64,000 bases of DNA from Octopus sinensis. Taxonomy: Eukaryota. The stretch covers positions 15,685,360-15,749,359 of the forward strand of contig NC_043019.1 in assembly GCF_006345805.1 (NCBI RefSeq), in the 5' to 3' direction. How positions within the stretch are numbered: position 1 is the first letter of the stretch; each line of letters opens with the position of its first letter. Under the pieces are notes generated by a model. It worked only from the letters and a program-made list of their open reading frames with translations. It searched no databases and was not told the DNA's origin. A program made the translations under genes and the position numbers. Of this stretch, positions 53,601-64,000 are shown piece by piece.

Positions 53601-55545
53601 CCCATTTGCCAGTGGCATGTAAAAAGCACCCCCTACACTCCGGAGTAGTTGGCGTTAGGAAGGACATCCAGCTGTAGAATCTTTGCCAGATTGGATTGGA
53701 GCCTGGTGAAGCCTCCTGGCTTGCCAGCCCTGTCAAACCGCCCAACCCATGCCAGCATGGAAAGCAGATGTTAAACAACGATGATGATCTGAGAGAGTAA
53801 TCCTAAAGGGTTAAATGTGAATTGTCGTGCAGCTCCTTGACAGCAAGAGATTTGTTTTGCTTTGGCCCTCCAACCTCTCCTCTTATATTTAACCTTCATT
53901 TTGAAGTATCACAAACTGCATGAACTCACAAGTGCTAGCAACATGAAACAAAGCACTTAGCACATGTTCAGTAGTTGGCATTTGGAATCTTCAACCACAG
54001 AAACCGTACTGAAGCAGACACTGGAGCACGATGCAGTCTTTGGATCCAGTCAGACCATCCAATGCATGCCAGCATGGACATTTAAATGATGATGACAATG
54101 GTGGTGATGATGGTGAGGAGCCACCTGTCTATCGTGGATCCTGTTGGGACTGAAGTATGTCTGGCTTGTGTGCTCTCCTGATTGGTCGGTAGTCAAGTGG
54201 CTGAAGTTCATCTTACAGATGGTCATTTTGTTTGCATCACAGGACTCTGGGTGCAGGCAGGGCTGCGTGATAAGAAGCTTGCTTGTGTGGCACTTTGAGC
54301 AAGTGTCTTCCACTAAAGTCTTGAGCAGATCTGGCAGACGGGAACTGAAAGAAGACTGTCGTATATATATATATATGTGCATATGCGTGTGTGTAACTTT
54401 GTGTTTCTGTGCCCTATCACCACCATTCCACAACCAGTGTTGGTGTGTTTACATCCTCGTAACTTAGTAAGTGAAGCACAAGAGACCAATAGAATAAGGC
54501 TTTAAAAAAAATAAGCCCTGGGGTTGATTCATTCAAGGTGGTGCTTCAGCATGGCCACAGCCTAATGACTGAAGCAAGTAAAGATAAAAGAAGTTGATAA
54601 TTACTTTGTCGCATACTATGGCTGATTAGTTAATGTCTGTTTTCCATGCTGGGTCAGACAGTTTGACAAGAGCTGGTGATCTGGAGAGCTGCACCAGGCT
54701 CCAGTTGTCTGTCTTGGTAAGGCTTTTTCTGGTTGGATGCCCTTCCTAGTGCCAACCACTTTACAGGGTGTCCTGGATGCTTTCTATGTGGCACCAACAC
54801 TTTTATCTATTTTTCTATCCCCAGTTTGCTTAACCCACCAGTGCTGTAGATCTGGGTGGGGTGCACCCAAGAAGGTCTTTTCGTTTGATGTGCCAATTCT
54901 GACATCCTCCACAGAACACACACACGTGGTTGTGTGGTTACGAAAGCTACTTCACAACCCTATGGTCTTGAGTTCAGTCTCACCATGTGGCACCTTGGGC
55001 AAGTGTCTTTTAGCCCCAGGCCATCTAATGCCTTGTGAGAGAATTCGATAGACAGGAACTTTACAAAGCTAGTTGTGCATCAAAGCTGGGTAGACAGAAA
55101 CTATGCAGAAGCCAGAGGATGTATCTGTTTGTGTGTGCATGTGTTCATTTGTTTTTTTTTGTCTCTGTTAGCATGGGTTAGATGAATTCATATAAGAGAT
55201 TTTGTTTCACATCAGACACCCTTCCTGTCTCTACTCCTTATCTCTTATTTCTTTTAAAGTAAGGGAGTTTTCATTCCACTTCTCTTTGAAAGGACAGAGT
55301 TCCTGGGCTATTTGTTGACAAGGAAATGTCGAAAATGACACCATCTGTAACCCAACTTATCATAGAAAGGAAACATGCACACACACACACACACACAGAT
55401 GACAGACTTTGTTCAGACAATTTTTGTTATCAGATTCACTCACAAGGCGTCAGTCAGTTCAAGGTCTTAGTAGAAGATACTTATTCAAGCTACCACAACA
55501 GTGGAACTGATATGGTTGTGAAGTAGACTTCCTGACCACCACGCA

Positions 55546-55584
<39 letters not shown>

Positions 55585-58500
55585 TCCATGGAGGATGTCA
55601 GAAATGGTCCCATTATCATCATCATCATCATTGCAGTAATCTCCACATCTCCATGCTGGCATGGGTTGGATGGAGTTTATTAATACAAATTCTTGACAGC
55701 CAGATGCCCTTCCAGTCGCCTACTCTCTCACCTGTTGCCAATTTAGGCACTCTTTGCTCCTGGCCGGACATGTTTTCACAGAATATTGGAAATGAATGAC
55801 ATTGCATATATGACATTGATACATCAAGTGATGTGTCACCATCACATGATGTCAAGGCAACAAGACACACACACACACACGCATATTACATATATATATA
55901 TAAATAGTTACTAACAAGGAATTGTCAATCCAAGCAGAATACTTCACAAACTCTCAGTTAGTAGAAATACACCAAGCTAACAAAATGTTTTCAGATTATG
56001 TCTTTTTTTCATAAATAAATATATATACATGTGTGTGTACATACATATATACACACACACACATATATATGCCTTTTCTCATGTACACACATTCACATAC
56101 ACTTATATATACACACATATATATGCCTTTTCTCAAATATATATTTAAGACAGGTGTCTTTCAGTTTCTGTCAACCAATAAACACCAAATCCACTCACAT
56201 GGCTTTGGTCATGCTGGAGCTTTTGTAGAAGGTACTTGACCAAGGTGCCATGCAGTGGAACTGAAACCATGTGGTTGGAGAACAAACTTGTTAATCACAC
56301 AGCCTCGCTGGCACTTGATACATCAAACTAAAATACTTTTTATGGTATTTAACTCCTTCTTTGGCTGACCTGGGACTGAACCAGTGTTCTGCAACCTGAA
56401 CTAAAACTATAACTAAAAGAATAGGGGAAAAAAAATTATACCCAGGTTACACTGCTGCACACCTATCATCGTCTTGTGTCACACCAGTGTGCCATGACAT
56501 ACCAGCTGAGGAGCACTGGACTAAACAACAAAAATAACAAATAAGTTGGTTTTTTATTTCAAAATGTTGCTACCTTCTCCAAAAGGAGAATGACATGTGA
56601 CCTGCCTGAATCAAAGAATTGTTTTGCCCCAAGTCAGTCCCAGTAAATCAAAGATGTTCCAGTCATGACAAACCTAACTTTTTTCTTCTTCTTATGTCCA
56701 GAATTATACTAGTGAAGGCATGTGGTCATGTGGTTAGGGTGTTGCACTCACGATTGCAAGATTGTGGTTTCAATTCTCGGATCGGCTGGTGTGTTGGGTT
56801 CTTGCGGAAAATACTTCATTTCATTCAGATGTGAGTGAGTAACTCTGAGATGGACTGGCATCCCATCCACGAGGAATGAAGTGATCTCAGTCACTGGACT
56901 CAAAACAGTTCTTTTATATTTAATTAACTCTTTAGCATTTAAACCAGCCGCATCAGGCCAAAATATTCTGCCTGTTTTCAGTTGAAACTGGTTAAATGTG
57001 GCCTCTCACACCAACCCTGCAATGTCATACTAAAACTAAGCATTCACATCTATTGAAACCTGAAAGCTGTTAGATAGGGAATGATTACTCCAAGACTGTG
57101 TGAATAAATAAGCTTTACATTTGAGGGAGAGATCTGGTTGCTATTTCTAACAAGTCAAACAACCCTGTAGTTTATATCAGACCCCAATGCTATGATGGCT
57201 TGAACAACCATTTAGGGGCACCGTTGTTGGTTGGTCTGACCAAATGATAGAGGCACCCTTGTTTGTTGATGGCACAACAGATAAACTGTGGGTATGAAGC
57301 TCAGTGACGACAGAGATGTATCATGTTGCTGTGAGGAAACAATCAGCATTGTTTTCTCTCCCACTCTTTTAACATGAATTACATTGAGAGAGAGAGAGAG
57401 AGAGAGAGGGAAGGAGGATATCTTTACAAATAGTTTTCATTCTTCCTCCTCCACCTTTCTTTTAAGTGTTCCTGTTCATGGCTTGAAATATCTGACTGAA
57501 GTAGTAGCCTCCTTGAAAGTAAAATACCATTTCTGTCATCATCATCATCACCACCACCACCACCACCATCATCATTATCTCCAGCAACATCTTCATTGTT
57601 GAGCCAATGGGAGTGCACTTACATGGCAACCCAACCTATTAGAAATACCAGCTAAATCTCTTTTGACTCATACTCTGCCATCTTAAAAACAATAAGAGGA
57701 AGGACATAATGGTCCTAAGATTACCTGTCTTAAAAGACCGGATTATCATCAATGGGAAGTCTTTGATCTTAAGTCTGACCTAGGGTTAAACAACAAGTTC
57801 TCATTTGAAGGTGACCCTAAGATATTACTAACCCTTTGTTTAAGACCCACCATGGAGTTCTGTTCCCACATCTGGGGTAGCATTAAGGTGCCTCACACAG
57901 ATAGACATAGTTGACTCCTTCCACATCTGGGTCAGGACTTTTGCTACAGACACAGACATCCTGGTACAACTTATGCAGGTGTGAGATGGCATAGCAAAGG
58001 GTGTGACAACAAGAAAAAATATATCGTCATCATTTAACATCCACTTTCCCATGCTTGCATGGGTCAGACGAAATTTGTTGAGGCAGATTTTCTATGGCTG
58101 CATGCCTTTCCTGTTACCAACGTTCACCTAGGACACAGCCTGTATGATGATGGCACTCACCTATCCCAACCACATGATATTAAGACAAAGAGGCACCAAC
58201 TCTCTCTCTCTCCCTTTCATGCACACACACACCTGATGAGCTTCTTTCAATCAAATTTTACTGATAAGGGTTTGATTGGCCCAGGGCTGTTATCATCATC
58301 ATCATTGTTTAATGTCTGCCTTCCATGCTGGCATGAGTTGGACGGTTTGACAGGAGCCTACACCAGATTTCTGTGTCTGTTTCAACAGGGTCTTTATGGC
58401 TGGATGCCCTTCCTAACACCAACCATCCAGCAGAGTGGATTGAGTGCTTTTTACGTGGCACCAGCACAAGTGAGGTCAGTTTTGGCAAGGTTTTAACAGC

Positions 58501-58929
58501 TGGATGCTCTTCCAAATACCAACAGGGCATCAGCACTGGTTGGGTCACCAAGTAACTTGCAACACAAAAATCCTTTTAGAGGGGAGCGAGCATTGGAGGT
58601 GATCTTGTGTCAGATGATGAAAGGTTAGAGTGTGACAGAGACACAGAAACAAGTGTCTTGCTGTAGAAGAGGCACAAGGTTACCTGATAAATATATATAT
58701 ATACATACACACAATGGGCTTCTTTCAGTTTCCATTTACCATATCCACTCATAAGGTTTTGGCCAGCCCATGGCTATAGTAGAAGACACTTTCCCAAGGT
58801 GTTGCAAGATGGCTCTGAACCCAGAACCTAGTGGTTGGGAAGCAAGCTTTTTAACCACACAGCCATGTCCGGAAAATATATACTTAATTAAAATCACTTT
58901 TCAGAATAAAATCATTAACCCAAATTGTT

Positions 58930-59460
58930 CAGCTCAATTGTTTTCCCATCATTATAGAGGCCTTCTGAGTGGCTTTCTCTTGGCAACAGCAAGGGTCTAC
59001 TTGATGTTTGTGAACCAACAGCACGCATTGCCCAGTGAAACTTTTGCTTTTAGTGTTCTGCAATCACATTGTGCTCTCTGCTCTGTTCTCAAATTACTTC
59101 ATTTCATTCTCTCTCCACAACATTTCTTCCACAGACCTTTCCATGGTTCTTTGTGTCGTAACCAATTGAAGTCCACCCCTCTTTGTGGTAGTCCATGATT
59201 CACTTGCATAGTAGACCATGGGTAGTTCATACCATTGAAGTGACTGTGTCACGTTGGATCTTGTCCAGCTTTCCTTTGAACACATCTTTCAGTGAAGTAA
59301 ATGCCTTTCATCCTGCCCTTTTCTTCTCCCTGAGCTTTCAGTATCCATATTTCCAGATCAGATGACATTATTGGAGCAGGGAATGAAGCGTTTGAAACAG
59401 TGGAGAGCAGTGATTCATAAACTTCTTCCTTTCCATTTTCTACCCTATATACTCTTCTCA
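58930..59460 (-). mobile_element. Degenerate RTE-clade LINE fragment
   Basis: Minus translation LPMVYYASESWTTTKRGGLQLVTTQRTMERS fits the RTE motif LPxMTYGSETWTLTK...VTQRAMERS. It is followed by decayed HWA and PRxKPxRRP-like residues. Confidence 0.65.
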
Positions 59461-60234
59461 GTTTGTATTTAGATTTGTCCATATATATATATATATGTAT
59501 GTATGGCATTAGGAAAGGCATCCAGCTGTAGAAATACTGCCAGATGAGATTGGGACCTGATGCAGCCTGCTGGCTTCCCAGACCCTAGTCAAACCATCCA
59601 AGCATGGAAAACGGATGTTAAACGATGATGGTGTATGTATATATATATATAAGTATATATATGTTTGTATATTTATATGTGTGTATATATGTACATATAT
59701 GTGTGTGTATATCCACACACACACACAAATACTTATATATATTACATACACATGTATACATCCATGGACACACACACACACACACGTAGTCATCAAAGAA
59801 TCCATGAGTCAGAAAAAAACAAGCACTCATATATTTGTCAATAGCGTAGGTATATAGATTATTTACAGCAGCAATAGCAATGCAGTACTATTGTCTCGTT
59901 TCAACTGATTTTACCTGTTGGTTTGATACAATCAGGGTTTGGGGAAACTAATTTCAACTCTCATCAGAGAGGCTGGTAGGAATAGCATGGCACAGGCTCT
60001 GGGCTCTTTGCCACGGAGGTCAGAAAAATGTCACATTTGGTTAGCAAGTGTTACAACAAAAAAAAAAAATGGAAGAGAAAAAAACTGCAGAACATCCAGA
60101 GGAGCTTTTGTCCATTAAGAGTTACTTCCCTTGGAGAGGTATTAGGCCTTGCCATCAAGGTGGATGCTTGTAGCAGGGATCAGGGTCAGTATTCGAAGGA
60201 TGTACGTGTGTTTGTGTGTATTGTATATATATAT

Positions 60235-60560
60235 AAGGTGAAGGCATGTAGCTTAGTGGTGAGGGCATTTGGCTCATTGTCATAGAGTCGTGTGTTTGAT
60301 TCCTAGTGGAGCATTGAGTCCTTGAGCAAGAGACTTTATTTCTCTCGCTCCAGCCCACTTAGCTGGCTAAAATGAGTGGTACCTTTATTTCAAAGGACCA
60401 GCCTTGACATGCTCTGTGTCATGCTGGATCTTCCTGGAAACTATGTTAATGGTATGCATGTCTGTGGAGCGCTCAGCCACTTGCACGTTAATTTCAGGAG
60501 CAAGCTGTTTCTCTGATCGGATCAACTGGAACCCTCGTCATCATAACCGACGGAGTGCAA
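60235..60560 (+). mobile_element. Family D tRNA-derived SINE
   Basis: Head TAGTGGTGAGGGCATTTGGCTCA...TTCGATTCC-like, then CTTGAGCAAGAGACTTTATTTC. Related copies at about 47895-48200, 56715-56880, 61085-61340(+) and 10400-10500, 29270-29590(-). Confidence 0.75.
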
Positions 60561-62737
60561 GTTATGGCTTGCTAATAGGCTGGGTGGGACAAATCTAATG
60601 TCAGACTCTCAGAATGTGGTGGGATATTAACCTTTTGGCGTTCAGATTACTCTTTAATTGCAAACAGAAGTTGATCTGGTTAAGAAGTTTGCTTCTCAAT
60701 CACCCGCTTCCAGGTTCAATCCCATTGTGGTGCACCATAGGCAAGCATCTGGTACCACACCATGGTCAAGTTGTTATTGTTTAGCCCCGAGTTAGCTGTA
60801 ATCCCTGATATTGTGACAGGGAATAAAAATAAATGATGGTCATCGTCTAAATCTCCATAATCCAGTGTGCATCTTCTCATCTACAGCACTAAGGTGTGAG
60901 TTAAGGGAGATTTTGACACTATTTCTAGCATATAGGATGACGAAAAAAGGCTCCTTCATCTCATATAATGTCCAGCGCATCCTATACATGTTACTGAGTC
61001 CCTCTACATTTAGTCCCTCATACAATTTAACTCCCCATAACCACCACCACCGCTCTTAAGTCTGATCATGAGGATAAGCCATCAGGTATGGCTCAGTGGT
61101 TCAAGCATTGGGCTCACAATAATGAGGTAGAGAGTTCGATTCCCAGACCAGGCTGTGTGTTGTGTTCTTGAGCAAGACACTTTATTTCACATTGCTCCTG
61201 TTCACTCATCTGTAGAAATGAGTTGTGACTTCACTGGTGCCAAGGTGTATCAGCCTCTGCCTTTTCCTTGGACAACCTTTCCTGGACTTGTTCCTTGGAA
61301 GGGAACTTTTTAGGTGCAATCCCATGATTATTCATGACCGAAGGGGGTTTTTACTCTCTAATAGTTTCTTCCTTCTTTGTTCATCCCCTTCCCAGAATTG
61401 AGGGACCTGCAGAAAGGTGAGGTGTTCTGCCCATCCTCCTCTAAGACACAGGTGTGTATATGGTCTAGATTCCTTCGTTTTCCATCTGGGGTATGTATCT
61501 CCTCTATAACAAGACACCTGCTTCTGTCCCTTTTTCCTACTTTTAACACAGAGCTGCCTCTCTCAAAGCAGCACCTTCATTGTTTAGGATCTTGTCTTGT
61601 GGGTACTTGGTGACCCCTCATTAGAGCTAGGGTCATGAGAAAAGCACCTAGTCCACACTGTAAAGTGGTTGGCATTAGGAAGGGCAGTCGACTGTTTGAA
61701 CCATGCCCAAACAGATATTGGCAGCCAAAGCAACATGGATTATGGGTGTTAGATGATGATGGTATATATGCCACATAGTGCTGGTTCCACATAGAATGCA
61801 CAGGTGTTGGTGCCACATTAAAAAGCACTTGTACTGGTGCCACATACAAAGCACCCAGCCATAGAAATCATGGCAAAACAGAAAATGGGGCTTGGTGTGG
61901 CCCCTGTTCTTACCAGCTCCAGTCAATGCATCCAACCCATGCCAGCATGGAAAAGAGATGTTAACTGATGATGATGATGATATTCGTTGATTCACCAAAA
62001 GCAAAGCAGGGTAGGTTGACCCCACTGATGATTGGAAATGAGTAACTCCGAGGACTGGAAATTGGAGACTTTCAATTATAATGTGTGTGTGTGTGTATGA
62101 ATGAATGAGTGGTGTGTGGTCTAGTGAATAGGTTATTGGTCACATCGTAATAAGATTGTTGGTTTAATTCTAGGGCTGGGTGACCTTGAGCAAAGCACTC
62201 CACTTTGCCTTGTTGCTAAGTATTTAGCTGTAAATGAGTATCAGCTGAGTGTAGTTCTCCCCCTCTCTCTCTTTTTCTGTCTCTCCAGATGCCCTTCGGG
62301 GTAACATGTAGGAGGGGCCAAGAGGGTGCAAATGGATCGTTCAGGACTGGATTGGCACCCAAAACATTTAGCAGAAGCATGATATATGCTAAATGCGTGT
62401 GTGTAAATGTGGAATCTGATATTTTGACATGACACAACAGGACTCTGGTTTCAACAACCACTGAGTCAAGGCTTCTCTGCCCACCACTTCCTACCCATAC
62501 ACCCTGCACACTCAACATCAATCACAGAGACCCTAACAGAAGGACAGGGGTTGGAGAGGGTCGGGATAAATGGTGTTGTCCCCATTCCTCTCACTAGAAC
62601 TGAAATAAATTTAGTTTCACCAGAAGAAAGTATTATCAAACACACAACTTGTCTAACTTTAAAAAAAAACCCCACCACCGCTCATTAACTCATGTTGCTG
62701 CCATTGCCTCTCTTTCCACGACAATTATGATTGCACT

Positions 62738-62768
<31 letters not shown>

Positions 62769-62862
62769 CACACATTTACACAGCTACTTTATATTTGTGC
62801 TTCAAAAATACTGGGTCAGTCATTTAGGATTGGTTTTTAAACTTCTGTTGAAAGGATTGTGA

Positions 62863-62923
<61 letters not shown>

Positions 62924-64000
62924 TATGTGTGTGTGTGTATCAACAAAGTTGTTTTCATTCTTCAATGACATATGATTGTTTAGGAAATATTTTTGATAAG
63001 AACTTCATCATTTTTTTTTTCCTCTCTTTCTTTCACAAAACAATTTTGTTATGAAAATAATAAAGGCCCCCCCATTTAGTTTGTTTGTTTTATCATTTAC
63101 ATTTGATTTGTTTCAGTTGTGAGACTTTGGCCATGCCAGAGCACTGCCTTGGAGAATTTTTAATCAAATAATTGCCCCATCCCTCCCGGTACTCATCTTT
63201 TTAAAGGCTGGTACTTACTCTATCAGTCTCTTCTGCTGAACGGCTAAGTTACGGGGACGTAAACACACCAACACCAGTTTGTCAAGTGGTGATGAGGGAC
63301 AAACACACATACATATGATGGGCTTCATTCAGTTTCCATCTACCATATCCACTCTCAAGGTTTTGGTCTGCTTGAGGTGCCACGCCTGTTTTTTAGTTTT
63401 AATTTCTTTAGTCTTGGTTCCCAATGTTTGACTCGTTTATTACTGTAACTATTACAAAAATTGTTACCCAGGCATGGTTGTGTGGTTGAGAAGCTCTCTT
63501 TGCAACCACATGGTTTCAGGTTCAGTCCTACAACACAGCATCTAGGACAAATATCTCTTACTATATAGCCCCAGGCCAACAAATGCCTTGTGGAGTTGTA
63601 AGTGAATTTGGTTGACAGAAACTCTATAGTAGATGTGTGTGCATGTGTTTTGTGTGTGTATAGGTTTTAAGCAACTGAATGGGAAAGATCTGCAAACAGA
63701 TCTCTGACTTGTTTTGTTGAATTTGTTGCAATTGCTTCCTCCAGAGTCATATCCCAATGAGGATCATATTCGCTGCAAGAAAAATCATGTAAAACAAAAA
63801 AAAGATCGCTGAAAAGATAGGAATCCAAAATTTCAGGATTGCAGATCCGGATTCGGCCTGGAATGTTTTTAATTTACTCACGGAGTCAGCCTGATTCAAA
63901 AATGGTATGATATGTTCGGCTACAGCCTCTAGGAGTAAAGTTGAAAAAGTGTGACACACTGACATTCACATTTATTAGATATGTTTAATTTTGGGGGAAC

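Noticed and set aside
63838-63894. IADPDSA resembling WDR13 IPDPDSA
   Set aside because: The following residues (WNVFNLLTESA*) do not match, there is an in-frame stop, and the intervening WDR13 exons are absent.

Overview
AT-rich eukaryotic DNA, dominated by introns and repeats. The SINE families and (TA)n/(ATT)n/(CAT)n density suggest a cephalopod, probably Octopus (inference). One protein-coding exon is confidently recognised: an 83-nt internal exon of a WDR13 homologue (48946-49028, +). No other WDR13 exon was found, so its flanking introns appear very long. The rest of the window holds four recurring SINE-like families, RTE-type LINE remnants, Tc1/mariner, hAT and piggyBac-type non-autonomous elements, microsatellites and three minisatellites. 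Nearly all ORF-track calls are microsatellite or repeat artefacts. The most unusual observations are: (i) two (TA)n-associated hairpin insertions (13981-14185, 18766-18877) with minimal hammerhead-ribozyme-like cores and palindromic stem III, as in Penelope-like elements; (ii) a 75-bp hairpin-containing minisatellite that keeps a 311-aa, partly LRR-like ORF open; (iii) a promoter-like island near 30.5 kb with a candidate first exon of an unidentified minus-strand gene; (iv) a young 165-bp dispersed duplication. No CRISPR, rRNA or real tRNA genes were found.
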